The notes under the pieces are model-generated. The model was not told the DNA's origin. It did no database searches and saw only the letters and a program-made list of their open reading frames with translations. Positions 49,519 through 59,029 of a DNA stretch of 64,000 nucleotides are shown piece by piece; positions within the stretch are counted from its first letter, which is position 1, and every line of letters begins with the position of its first letter. The position numbers and the translations under genes are program-made. The DNA comes from a virus. Lineage: Duplodnaviria > Heunggongvirae > Uroviricota > Caudoviricetes. The stretch lies in IMG/VR virus record IMGVR_UViG_2693429668_000006, one strand, 5' to 3'.

Positions 49519-50409
49519 TTATGCCGGTAAAGCAATTTCTAACGGTTTATCCAAAGGTTGTTTGTCGAATGCCAGCAGTGGCAGCGTGTCAGGCAGTCGA
49601 CGGCCAAAGTCAGGGTTTCGGTACACACCATACAACGGAGACGTAAAGCTCAGGTTGTGAATGTCCTTGAGCAGCTTCACAATGCTGGCCTCGTCCACCA
49701 GACTGTCGGCAATGTCCTGAATCGTCGTGCCACGATTCCGCCCAGCTTTTGCCAGGGAACTGTTCTTATGGTAGTCCGCCACCAAATCGCGCAGCGCACG
49801 GCGACGACGAGACTCGCTCATAGCGAACAACTCTTTGACGATCGCCTCGTTATCACCCGGGTCGGAGCGGAAATGGCGCTGGAACACACGCAGTGCACTT
49901 TCATAGCTCTTCGGTCGCTCAGGGCGGATGAACTTAAACCCTGCTTTCATGGCGAAGGGATTGTATTTGCTCATCGAGGACTGGATCTCAATGATTGGCC
50001 GGTCATGCATCCTGCTAACCAGGTTAATCATTCTATAAGAGACGCCTACGCCACGATACTGAGTATCCACAACTGAGCGACTGATCACCGCAAAGTTGTT
50101 ATTCACGTACCGACCCCAGTACTGGTTAGCCACGGTGGTATTAGTGGTTGGTTTCAACTTAGGAAACATGCGGTGGCGAGGTGCCAACAGTAGTTTCGGG
50201 TAAGCCATAACCACGACGCCCACCAGACGGTCATCAAGTTCGCAGCGATAGTAAGTTGGCGCGAAAGGTTTGCCGTCTGTTTTGTAGTGAAGCGACTTAA
50301 GAGCGTGCCAGTCCTCTACAGTTCCCTTTGTAACAGTCATTCGCTCCAGAAAGTCCAGATGACGCGGAAACTCTTCAGGGCGGTAGCGTTTAATGATGAT
50401 GTCCGTCAT
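49519..50409 (-). CDS. GNAT-fold acetyltransferase-like protein
   Basis: Motif A-like VVDTQYRGVGVSYRMINL (Q-x-x-G-x-G); 296 aa; start overlaps stop of ABC ATPase gene. Confidence 0.5.
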   Translation of the reverse strand: MTDIIIKRYRPEEFPRHLDFLERMTVTKGTVEDWHALKSLHYKTDGKPFAPTYYRCELDDRLVGVVVMAYPKLLLAPRHRMFPKLKPTTNTTVANQYWGRYVNNNFAVISRSVVDTQYRGVGVSYRMINLVSRMHDRPIIEIQSSMSKYNPFAMKAGFKFIRPERPKSYESALRVFQRHFRSDPGDNEAIVKELFAMSESRRRRALRDLVADYHKNSSLAKAGRNRGTTIQDIADSLVDEASIVKLLKDIHNLSFTSPLYGVYRNPDFGRRLPDTLPLLAFDKQPLDKPLEIALPA

Positions 50410-51071
50410 GAATGGACCTCATCATGACTACCATTGTGATATTCCACCTTCACGCGTTCTTTGTAGTGCTTGGTGATCTGCATATCAGGGCGCAGCGCGT
50501 TCTTCAGGTCTTCGTGAGTCGTCGCCACCATTACCGTCGCACCAACCTTTCGAGCGGCACGCTGGAGGTTAGACGCCACAACCTGAGCGGTTACACGGTC
50601 GAGAACAGCGCCGAACTCGTCAGCAGCCCATACTTTAGCGCCTGACTCAATCAGTTTGGCAATCTTGAGACGATATTTCTGGCCGTCTGACATTTCAGAA
50701 GGCTTGCGAACAAACAGATATGCATCGTTCAGACCAGCCATAGATAACAACCCAAGCGCATCACTGGTCGTTTTGCCCAACTGATCGATGACGTTAACCT
50801 CATTATCGAAGGTAAAATCATCGATGGAGGCTACAGACAGCCCTTCATCCTTCATCTGTCGTTGCAACTCGCGCAGCACAACGGATTTGCCGGAACCGGA
50901 TTGGCCGGTGATGTACACCACATCGCCCTGCTTCACTTCCAGCTCCAGATTGTCGTAAAGCGTCCACTCTTTTTCGTCCAGGCCAAGCCCGAACGACTCA
51001 GCGATTTCCAACGTGCGCGTGGTTTTATTTACGCGTGTCTGAAACGATACGTTGATGATGTATTTGCTCAT
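50406..51071 (-). CDS. ABC-type ATPase (soluble, single nucleotide-binding domain)
   Basis: Walker A GQSGSGKS, signature MSDGQKYRL, Walker B KVWAADEF, H-loop VATTHE. Confidence 0.65.
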   Translation of the reverse strand: MSKYIINVSFQTRVNKTTRTLEIAESFGLGLDEKEWTLYDNLELEVKQGDVVYITGQSGSGKSVVLRELQRQMKDEGLSVASIDDFTFDNEVNVIDQLGKTTSDALGLLSMAGLNDAYLFVRKPSEMSDGQKYRLKIAKLIESGAKVWAADEFGAVLDRVTAQVVASNLQRAARKVGATVMVATTHEDLKNALRPDMQITKHYKERVKVEYHNGSHDEVHS

Positions 51072-51736
51072 GCAGCCATCTCCCCGGAAGAGATCTTCTC
51101 CGCATATGCCACAAATGCGTCTACCCCGCTTTCTCCCGTCATTTCTTCCATATGGGCAAGCAAATCACCAACAACAATGGCAGAGCCAGCAGGGAGCGTT
51201 TTAAAGCCCAATACGTCGACAACACGTACTTCTTCCGCTGCAACTTCACGACTGATCTCGGTGTGTTCATCCTTCTGTCGTTTAGTTTCTTCGCCAAGAT
51301 CGATAACTAGCGAGTCGGTGTCCATTTCTTCTGTCATACTGCCAACGAGAACATTCAACTCACGCTCTTCAAAGCCGAAAACCTCGATATCGTCCAGAAC
51401 AAGCGACTCAAGCTCTTTCTGTAGCTTAATTGCATCGTAATCAATGCTGGCAAGTCGGTTATCTTCAAGGCGCTTCGCACGAACCTCGTCATCACTGAGA
51501 TCATCGCGAACAATAACCGGTACGCGCTCAAGTCCAGCAAAAATTGCAGCCTCACGGCGGCCGTGGCCAGTAATAATTACGTCGTTCTTATCGACCGTAA
51601 TTGGCTGGTCAAATCCGCGCTTTTTAATGGCTGCGGCTAGATCTCGGATCTGCTGTTCATCATGCTTTTTGGCATTCATCTCATAGGGAATAAGATCTGC
51701 CGGGTCGCGATATACGATTTCAAACTTTTTGGTCAT
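51068..51736 (-). CDS. ParB-like nuclease domain protein
   Basis: ParB/Srx motif ITGHGRREAA; acidic C-terminus; start set at ATG 51736 overlapping upstream stop. Confidence 0.55.
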   Translation of the reverse strand: MTKKFEIVYRDPADLIPYEMNAKKHDEQQIRDLAAAIKKRGFDQPITVDKNDVIITGHGRREAAIFAGLERVPVIVRDDLSDDEVRAKRLEDNRLASIDYDAIKLQKELESLVLDDIEVFGFEERELNVLVGSMTEEMDTDSLVIDLGEETKRQKDEHTEISREVAAEEVRVVDVLGFKTLPAGSAIVVGDLLAHMEEMTGESGVDAFVAYAEKISSGEMAA

Positions 51737-52434
51737 TACATACGCTCCTTGTAGTAGTCGACCAGCCACACCAGAGCCTCACCAGCGTTCTCCATTTCAT
51801 TACCGGTGTTAATAGCCTGCTCTTTGATGATGTTTTTTATGGTTTCTGCAACACGATCTGACGCATCGAAAGTTACTTTGAAGCGCATGGTCTGATGTTC
51901 CGCACCCACACGTTCGGTTTTCTCTCGTTTGTCGGTATCGACAGGCTCATCACTACCACGAGACAACGCCTCCAGTGCTTCAAGGTCGATTGCCGCCTCT
52001 TTTGCTAAAACCATCGAGATTTCGTCGTCATACGGAGCGATTTCAGACAGTTGATAGTCAAGTTCTGACTGAATTTCTTCAATGAAGCGTTGCAATGCGA
52101 TTTGGTCGTCTTCACCGTATCGCTCGTTGTCCACCAGTGACATCTGTTTAGCTACGACATCGCTAATTTTGCCCACAGAAAGCACCGGAACCGTTGAAAT
52201 TCCTTGCTCAATAGCAGCACGCCAGCGATGTTCGCCGCCGAGGATTTCAAAAAATCCATCTTCAAGTTCACGAGCCAAAATTGGCTTAAAAAAGCCCAAT
52301 TTTTCGATAGAACCTTTCAGTTTTTCAAAATTCTGCGCACCAACCGAATTGGTGTTCCAGGTATTCGGGCGAAGGTTGGCAACATCAACCTGCAAAATCG
52401 TGATTTTTACATCCATTTTATTGCTACAATCCAC
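51736..52434 (-). CDS. ParB-like nuclease domain protein (second copy)
   Basis: ParB/Srx motif ILGGEHRWRAA. Confidence 0.55.
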   Translation of the reverse strand: MDCSNKMDVKITILQVDVANLRPNTWNTNSVGAQNFEKLKGSIEKLGFFKPILARELEDGFFEILGGEHRWRAAIEQGISTVPVLSVGKISDVVAKQMSLVDNERYGEDDQIALQRFIEEIQSELDYQLSEIAPYDDEISMVLAKEAAIDLEALEALSRGSDEPVDTDKREKTERVGAEHQTMRFKVTFDASDRVAETIKNIIKEQAINTGNEMENAGEALVWLVDYYKERM

Positions 52435-52498
52435 TAAGTAATCACTTACTTATTATAATAGCCAAATAACATACAAAAGGCACTAAGGAAAGAGGTTT

Positions 52499-54058
52499 AT
52501 GACTGTTCGGATTGTATCTAACGCAGTAAATGCGCTTATTTCTGGCGCAGATGACAAGGTAAAGCAACTGGTGCAGCAAATGTTGAGCTACGAAGTCGAG
52601 ACTGGCGACTGGAAGGGCACAAGCACGATGTTCAACTGGAGTAAAAACTCGTTCCCTGCTGGCTTTGCCAAGCCTGTAGCGGCGAACTTGAACAAGGCGG
52701 GCATCAAATGTGTTCATATCCGCAAAGACAAAGCCCCGGCGCTTGGTAAACCAAATCCTGCGGTTAACCCATTCCCATACAATCCTGATTATGCGTATCA
52801 GGATCAGACTGTGGAAACACTGGTTCGAGAGGGAATGATGATTGCGCAGATCGCTACTGGTGGCGGGAAATCTAACGTTGCCTGCAAAGCAGCTGCACGT
52901 ATCGGTCGAATGACATTATTTTTAACAACCCGCTCTGTTCTGATGTTTCAAATGGCCGAAAACTTCCAGAGATCCATCGACTACCGCGCCGAAAATGGCG
53001 AACCGTGGTTAAAAGACCAAAAGGTTGGAGTCATTGGCTCGGGTGAGTTCCAGGTATCACGACATATCAACGTCGCTACAGTTCAAACTCTTGCAAGTTT
53101 CCTCGAAGAACCACCACGCGATGCAACACCAGATAAGAAAAGCTACCACCTCAAACGTCGGGAGTTGGTGAAACGCTTCCTTTCAAGTGTCTCTCTTCTT
53201 ATTCTGGAAGAGGCGCATGAGTCTTCAGGCTCAAATTTCTATGACATCGCCAGATTATGTGTGAACGCAGACTATCGTCTGGCGCTTACAGCCACGCCGT
53301 TCATGAAGGATTCGACGGAAGCCAACATGCGCCTGATGGCGGTGGCCGGGCGAATTGAAATTAAAGTCACAGAAAAGTACCTGATTGATCGAGGCATTCT
53401 GGCAAAGCCGTACTTCCTTTATCATAAAGTTGCCTACAAGCCAGACGAGGCCAGAATCAAGGCCGAACTTGCCAACAAACACCTCAATTTTAGAGTTGGT
53501 ATGAGCACCGCCTACCAAAAGGCTTATCAGTTGGGGATCGTGTATAATTTGGGACGTAACGAGGCCATAGTGCGCGAGGCATTGCTTTATAAGCAACATT
53601 CACTCAACTGCATGACTCTGGTTCGTCTTAAACGCCACGGGCAAATCCTGATGGAGATGATGAAGGAGTCAGGTCTTAAAGTTGATTTCATCTATGGGGA
53701 ATCTAACCAGACGACAAGGCAAGCAAAGCTGAATAGTTTAGCGTCTGGTGAAATAGATGTTTTAATAGGCTCGACTATTCTGGATGTTGGTGTTGATGTG
53801 CCAAGCGTTGGTGCGGTCATTCTTGCTGGTGGTGGGAAAGCAGAAGTTGAAATGAGACAGCGTGTCGGTCGTGGCTTACGAGCCAAAAAAAATCAGGCAA
53901 ACGTGTGTTTTATCACCGATTTCATTGACATTAGCAACAAATACCTGTTGTCTCACTCTTATGAGCGAAAACACATCATCGACACCACACCTGGCTTTGC
54001 AGAAGGTGTATTGCCTATTGATGGAGCATTCGATTTTGGAGTTCTGAAACGAGATTAG
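52499..54058 (+). CDS. SF2 (DEAH-type) DNA/RNA helicase
   Basis: Walker A ATGGGKS, DEAH-like LILEEAHE, motif III TATPF, motif VI QRVGRGLR. Confidence 0.7.
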   Translation: MTVRIVSNAVNALISGADDKVKQLVQQMLSYEVETGDWKGTSTMFNWSKNSFPAGFAKPVAANLNKAGIKCVHIRKDKAPALGKPNPAVNPFPYNPDYAYQDQTVETLVREGMMIAQIATGGGKSNVACKAAARIGRMTLFLTTRSVLMFQMAENFQRSIDYRAENGEPWLKDQKVGVIGSGEFQVSRHINVATVQTLASFLEEPPRDATPDKKSYHLKRRELVKRFLSSVSLLILEEAHESSGSNFYDIARLCVNADYRLALTATPFMKDSTEANMRLMAVAGRIEIKVTEKYLIDRGILAKPYFLYHKVAYKPDEARIKAELANKHLNFRVGMSTAYQKAYQLGIVYNLGRNEAIVREALLYKQHSLNCMTLVRLKRHGQILMEMMKESGLKVDFIYGESNQTTRQAKLNSLASGEIDVLIGSTILDVGVDVPSVGAVILAGGGKAEVEMRQRVGRGLRAKKNQANVCFITDFIDISNKYLLSHSYERKHIIDTTPGFAEGVLPIDGAFDFGVLKRD

Positions 54059-54060
54059 TT

Positions 54061-54339
54061 ATGAGTGAAAAGAAAACAACTTACTGTCAGGTAGCATTGT
54101 CTGATAAGGCCAATGACAAACTTGGAAAGTTTCAAGTGAAACTAAAAGAAAAAAATATCAAAATGTCTAAGGCTGAAGTCATAAATACCATTCTGGAACA
54201 ATTGACAATGGCCGACTTTGACAAGGTTATATCTTCTGTCGGGGCTTCCGCTAAGACTCGTGAGAAAATCATGCGTATCTATGAGAACTCTAATATGACA
54301 AAGGAAGATCTCGAAACGCTATTAAGCAGATTAAAATAA
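54061..54339 (+). CDS. hypothetical small protein
   Basis: ORF track, 92 aa. Confidence 0.4.
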   Translation: MSEKKTTYCQVALSDKANDKLGKFQVKLKEKNIKMSKAEVINTILEQLTMADFDKVISSVGASAKTREKIMRIYENSNMTKEDLETLLSRLK

Positions 54340-54365
54340 TCACGCTATCAATTAGGGAGACAAAG

Positions 54366-54830
54366 ATGAAGTCTCCCATACTGTTCACTTTCTGTTCTAA
54401 AACTATCATGAAATACTCGCTTCTCCCTCTACTAACGTTACCAGTGTTGATGCTTGCCGCGTGCCAATCACACCCAATATCAATCCATGACGCCAAACCA
54501 GCACCGCAGGCCAAAGTGTTAAAGTATCAAAGCGCAGCGCCAGCTACGTTGGTGGTAATGAGAGACACAGGTTTTGTAGGAGCTGGATGTGATGCTTCCA
54601 TTTTCATCAACGGCGAAACTGTCGCAAAACTGGCTACAGGCGAAAAAGCGACTTTCCATTTAAATGCCGGAGAATTAATTGTGGGTGCATCTCTTGAAGG
54701 TGCAGGTTTATGTGCTCTAAACCCCGCTCGTCAAGAGCGAGAAACGACTCTGAAGAATGGAGACACAAAAGCGTTCAGGGTGTTTACCAGCAATTCTGGT
54801 GACATCGACATTCTGCCAACAACTCTGTGA
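54366..54830 (+). CDS. lipoprotein
   Basis: Signal peptide with lipobox LMLAAC. Confidence 0.5.
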   Translation: MKSPILFTFCSKTIMKYSLLPLLTLPVLMLAACQSHPISIHDAKPAPQAKVLKYQSAAPATLVVMRDTGFVGAGCDASIFINGETVAKLATGEKATFHLNAGELIVGASLEGAGLCALNPARQERETTLKNGDTKAFRVFTSNSGDIDILPTTL

Positions 54831-54834
54831 TGAC

Positions 54835-55359
54835 ATGACAACCAAAGATATTACCTACGGTATCCAAGCTGAACTCTGGCCGCGAGATTACACTAACGTT
54901 GAAAAACTACTGATGTTCTGGCGCAGAGAACAAATTCCTGTAAGGGTCACTCTCGAAGATGGCCAGGCGTTTTGCATGTACGTTTATGGCCTCATGCCAT
55001 CTCGTAACAAAGTTGACCTTTGCCCAGCCCCTTTTGACAAAGAAAATCGTATAAGGCTCCCACTTGAACGCATTAGTACAATTGAATCAGGTGTGGTTGA
55101 CAGTATCGCTCACGATTTCAAAGGTCGACTAACAGTTCACCCTGATTATGTCGATAATCGGCCATCACGCCGCGATTTTTTTGCAATTTGCAACCAAGCC
55201 TACAAAGCAAACAAATCTATAAGGGTGTACATGGCGGATGGCCGTGAAATTGAGGGGGTGTCAGCAGGCGCAGATGCTTGTCAGGTTACACTACGTGTCG
55301 AGAACGGTAGAAAAATAGTTGTTTTGTTCGATTGGGTTGAACGAATTTTGCCTTTTTGA
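54835..55359 (+). CDS. hypothetical protein; start uncertain
   Basis: ORF track (54757 start overlaps previous gene); internal ATG at 54835. Confidence 0.4.
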   Translation: MTTKDITYGIQAELWPRDYTNVEKLLMFWRREQIPVRVTLEDGQAFCMYVYGLMPSRNKVDLCPAPFDKENRIRLPLERISTIESGVVDSIAHDFKGRLTVHPDYVDNRPSRRDFFAICNQAYKANKSIRVYMADGREIEGVSAGADACQVTLRVENGRKIVVLFDWVERILPF

Positions 55360-55362
55360 GTT

Positions 55363-55671
55363 ATGAAATCGATATTGTTACCACCATTATTTTTACTTTG
55401 CTCAGTTGCGGCAAATGCAATGGACTATAAGCCTGTCATTCAGTCGCTGATGAATGACGTGTGCTCAACGTCTCAGAATGTATCAGTTTGCATGTATCAA
55501 TTTTCGGCAGCCGTAAAAGCAGGAAAAGCGATAGGCGAGAATGTGGAACTGTGTAAGAAAGTGGCAAATGAAGAACGGGCAATGTTGGATTGCGAATCTA
55601 GCGAGTCATCGGCACAGTTCGTTGATGCGCTATTTGACACCAATCGTAAGGCTGTAGAGTCTGTTCAATAA
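55363..55671 (+). CDS. small secreted protein
   Basis: N-terminal signal peptide MKSILLPPLFLLCSVAANA. Confidence 0.45.
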   Translation: MKSILLPPLFLLCSVAANAMDYKPVIQSLMNDVCSTSQNVSVCMYQFSAAVKAGKAIGENVELCKKVANEERAMLDCESSESSAQFVDALFDTNRKAVESVQ

Positions 55672-55954
55672 ATCTATAAGGTTAATAACCGGCTAAGTCC
55701 GGTTATTATTTTTCACATCACTTCTTTATATCTACAAATCAAATAACCTAAATATATATAAGGTCTAAAGCCGCAATCAATTATTTATTTAGGGAACACC
55801 TTCGACGATCTCGCTTTTATTTCTAGGACTTTCATCCCTGCAAAAAATTTAAAAAAAACACTTGCAATCTTTTTTCGCATATCGATAATTGAACTCGTCG
55901 AAAGCGAAGACGCTAACGACAATAAATTTTAAATTTACATAAGGAAAAATTATC

Positions 55955-56605
55955 ATGGCTAACATTATCATTTCTAAAAAATCCATCATTGAAGCTGCTT
56001 CCATTGTATCCGATGAACTGCGCGAAAAAGCAGATCTGGCAACTCAAACATATAACGAACATTATAAAAATGGTACGCACACTAAAGCAGACAAAGCAAA
56101 TATGCAAGCTGCGACCACTAAACTTGCTTACTTCATCAACAACGTCGTAAACGCAGTAGAAGACGAAAAATTATGCTCTGTTTTCTACTATGCGATTAAA
56201 GCAAGCAAACAAGCGCCAGAAGTATTTTTCCGTGATGCAATGACTAATAGTTATTCTCTGGAAAAACTGGTTTATCTGGTTAAATCAATTAAATCTGGTA
56301 AATGCGTTTATTCCATCGCTGATATGTCTGGATCTCGTGTATTCGCTTTAATCGATATGATTAACGACGAGATCGACACGTTCACTAATGGCGCTGTTTT
56401 CGATTTAATGAATGAAGCTAAAAAAGCGTGTGAAATTAAATTGGACGCTGGTTATACTCAAGCCAACCAGTTGATCAATCTTTGCGAACGTCTTGGACTT
56501 GTTGAAAAAGTCAAAGGAGCTGGGAGCGCGAAAGCTGGTACTCAGCAATATCGCTTCATTAAAAATGATTTCTACAATTATTTAGCTGATGCTTTCAAAG
56601 CGTAA
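55955..56605 (+). CDS. hypothetical protein (AT-rich early-type gene)
   Basis: ORF track, 216 aa; AT-rich upstream region; hairpin 56618..56636 downstream. Confidence 0.5.
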   Translation: MANIIISKKSIIEAASIVSDELREKADLATQTYNEHYKNGTHTKADKANMQAATTKLAYFINNVVNAVEDEKLCSVFYYAIKASKQAPEVFFRDAMTNSYSLEKLVYLVKSIKSGKCVYSIADMSGSRVFALIDMINDEIDTFTNGAVFDLMNEAKKACEIKLDAGYTQANQLINLCERLGLVEKVKGAGSAKAGTQQYRFIKNDFYNYLADAFKA

Positions 56606-56653
56606 TTAATGGAATCAAGCGCCCACTATGGGCGCTTTAAAGGAGCTTTGAAA

Positions 56654-56857
56654 ATGGTCAGCTATGACAAGATCCGCGCGGAATATCGCGCAAAGTATCG
56701 CGCTTATAAACTAGAATTAATCGATGATTTAATCGCGCAACGCGACCAATTAAATTTTACGTTTTCTGATTTGCTTAACAGCAAGCGAGATTGCAAGCGC
56801 AAACGTGAATACTTACGTTTAAGCGCATTAATCGGAAAACTTCAAAATTCTATTTAA
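56654..56857 (+). CDS. hypothetical small protein
   Basis: ATG at 56654 preceded by SD AAAGGAG; the ORF-track start at 56609 would include the hairpin. Confidence 0.4.
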   Translation: MVSYDKIRAEYRAKYRAYKLELIDDLIAQRDQLNFTFSDLLNSKRDCKRKREYLRLSALIGKLQNSI

Positions 56858-56877
56858 TTTTTTTAAGGAGCTTAATC

Positions 56878-57108
56878 ATGTTTGTTCTTATCGCTGGCGT
56901 TAACGTCCATAACGAATATTATGTTAATCGCATCGCTGGGATCGCTGGTTACGCTGGGCGCGCAGTCGAGTTTATCGATGAAACAACGCGTAAAATTGAT
57001 TTATTGAGCGACCAGGAGCGAAAAAAAGCAGACGTGAACGACGCTGATATATTTTTAATGTTAAAAGCGTTTGTAGAAATGGGATTTAAAATCAGTTTAC
57101 ACAAATAA
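56878..57108 (+). CDS. hypothetical small protein
   Basis: ORF track, 76 aa; followed by two terminators. Confidence 0.4.
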   Translation: MFVLIAGVNVHNEYYVNRIAGIAGYAGRAVEFIDETTRKIDLLSDQERKKADVNDADIFLMLKAFVEMGFKISLHK

Positions 57109-57113
57109 AATCG

Positions 57114-57139
57114 AGCGCCCACTATGGGCGCTTTTTTCG
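57114..57139 (+). terminator. rho-independent terminator
   Basis: Hairpin AGCGCCCACTATGGGCGCT followed by TTTTTCG; identical hairpin at 56618..56636. Confidence 0.55.
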
Positions 57140-57159
57140 TTTCCAATACTTCCACAATA

Positions 57160-57186
57160 ACGCGCCATTGATGGCGCGTTTTTTAT
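57160..57186 (+). terminator. rho-independent terminator (second, tandem)
   Basis: Hairpin ACGCGCCATTGATGGCGCGT followed by TTTTTTA. Confidence 0.5.
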
Positions 57187-57600
57187 TGTCTTTAACTCAC
57201 TCCAACAACATAAAAATAAGCGCCAAAATAACGCCATAAACGCGCTTTTATATCCTTACCAGTACATACCCATTACTTAACACATTAACGCGCTTAAAAC
57301 GCGTTATATTGCGCTATAGCGTATGGTTAATCATTGGCTTTTAGTCTTGCTATGTGATCCGCGTTTATTTGTCGGCGCGGATCGGCATTTTGTTTTGTTC
57401 CGTATCCGCTCGCGTATTATGTGCGCGTGATTTTTCACATAATCACACCACTTAATCACGTATGTGATTATGCTACGAAAGAAATCTGGATGTCTCAGGC
57501 GACGAAAGTCATCATAATTTTCCCCGCTCGCCTGTCCGACAACCGCTGGTTGGATTCCACCAGCTTCCCGATGTTTTTTTCTACATAAAGGCGAATGCAG

Positions 57601-57710
57601 CCGTTTCCCGAAAAAATCCTGGCCGTTTCCCGTCGGCTCATGAATACGTTCCTCGCCGTTTCTGAAAATTTCCCTGCGGCAGCTGGTGGCTATAGAGAAA
57701 GGGCCGTTTC
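57601..57710. repeat. iteron cluster 1 (four GCCGTTTC(C/T) repeats)
   Basis: CCGTTTC at 57601, 57623, 57656, 57704. Confidence 0.55.
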
Positions 57711-57722
57711 TGGCCCTCTTCT
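57697..57722 (-). terminator. rho-independent terminator after gene 57726..58208
   Basis: Minus-strand hairpin GGGCCAGAAACGGCCC followed by TTTCTCT. Confidence 0.45.
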
Positions 57723-57725
57723 CAG

Positions 57726-58208
57726 TTACACGCCATCAAGGATGTGGATGCGGTTGCTTGCGTATACATTCAGCATAAAGTTAGCGCAAAACAGTTTCCA
57801 TGTATCAACGCCAGCGGTATACGTAATGTTTTTGCATTTAATCGCATTGTTGGCGATCCGCATCCCCTGCGATACTGCTTCATCGTCGGAAAATTTGAAC
57901 GACGATTGAGTTTTAATCCAGACAGAAATCTGCGTAGCGAACTCAATCAGCTTGGACTGGCAGAATCGCCCGGAGCGCACCGGAAAGACGAACGTTCCGA
58001 ATCCAGAATTTACCACATATGCTTTCTCAAATACCCGCGAGTAACGACGATTGCCAATGATGTCGCGTGCAATAATGCATTTTTCTTGTGCTGACAGTTC
58101 TACCGTCTCATTGTCGCGCCATGCACCAAGTACTCGTTTTTCAATGTCAGAGAACGTTACAGCGATATTGCCATGTGCGGGTGCGTTTACAGTAGCGATA
58201 AAATTCAT
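57726..58208 (-). CDS. hypothetical protein (accessory array)
   Basis: ORF track, 160 aa; own promoter/operator motif at 58227..58260. Confidence 0.5.
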   Translation of the reverse strand: MNFIATVNAPAHGNIAVTFSDIEKRVLGAWRDNETVELSAQEKCIIARDIIGNRRYSRVFEKAYVVNSGFGTFVFPVRSGRFCQSKLIEFATQISVWIKTQSSFKFSDDEAVSQGMRIANNAIKCKNITYTAGVDTWKLFCANFMLNVYASNRIHILDGV

Positions 58209-58226
58209 GATTAATTCCTTATCGTA

Positions 58227-58260
58227 AATAACAAATTGTTTTCTTGTTGGTGTTAATTAT
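58227..58260 (-). promoter_or_regulatory. conserved promoter-operator element (extended -10 TGCGATAAT plus AACAAATTGTT palindrome)
   Basis: Near-identical element repeated at 58714..58750 and 60851..60890. Confidence 0.5.
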
Positions 58261-58412
58261 CGTTGTACGAATAAGGCGTCAAAGTGGAAAGTTGCGGTAG
58301 CCGGACGGGAACAGGTGGGTTTGTCGGTTGCCTGGAGGTAAGAGGTTGGTGTTTTTAGCCTGCGGGAAACAGGATGGTCATTTAAGGCCACCAGCATTGG
58401 TGGCCTTAATCT

Positions 58413-58700
58413 TTAGTGGAGCAGACCGATGTCGATGGTATCCCCTGAATCATCCACACGGATCATCAGCATGGCAAAGGCGTTTAGTGGATAGCTTGCG
58501 TGCCATTCAGGGAAGCGGTCATCTCGCATGAAGTCGGCAATGTCGTAAACGCATCCCTCAAAGTGGAAGAATCGCGTGCTTACCTGCTCGTCATAATCCA
58601 CATGATCCATTTCTTGCTGTTCTGTTTCCGGCAAGTCCAGCCATGATTCAAGAAATACATTTTGTGCTTTAGGGGTAATGGTGAAATCAGTCATGAGCAT
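58413..58700 (-). CDS. hypothetical small acidic protein (accessory array)
   Basis: ATG at 58700 with SD GAGG; ORF track start at 58826 would overlap the promoter element. Confidence 0.4.
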   Translation of the reverse strand: MLMTDFTITPKAQNVFLESWLDLPETEQQEMDHVDYDEQVSTRFFHFEGCVYDIADFMRDDRFPEWHASYPLNAFAMLMIRVDDSGDTIDIGLLH

Positions 58701-58883
58701 ATCCTCACTGCGTAAACATGTTGTTTTCTTGTTGGTGTAATTATCGCAGTGTAGATAAGGCATAAAAGAAGTTAATACAGGCTGAATACACAAGAAAGGT
58801 TCTGGAAGTTGATAGCCAGGTTTCAAACTAACCTTCGGTTATTAAAAGTCATTTAAGACCACCAATGCTGGTGGCCTTAATAA

Positions 58884-59027
58884 TTATCGCCCGATTACGC
58901 TAAGGATCTTTTCCTCAACTGATTTGTTGTTGCGACTAAACTGCCTTGCGTATCTGATGACAGAAGAGGCGTTTTGCTTTCTGACCATCTCGGCTCTTTC
59001 CTTCAGGCGTTTCTTGAAATCGCCCAT
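58884..59027 (-). CDS. possible small basic protein (47 aa)
   Basis: Hand-translated MGDFKKRLKERAEMVRKQNASS...; below ORF-track cutoff; hairpin 58855..58878 downstream. Confidence 0.25.
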   Translation of the reverse strand: MGDFKKRLKERAEMVRKQNASSVIRYARQFSRNNKSVEEKILSVIGR

Positions 59028-59029
59028 AT

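Noticed and set aside
57595-57909. ORF-track ORF of 104 aa on the plus strand
   Set aside because: Spans the first iteron cluster and runs antisense into gene 57726..58208
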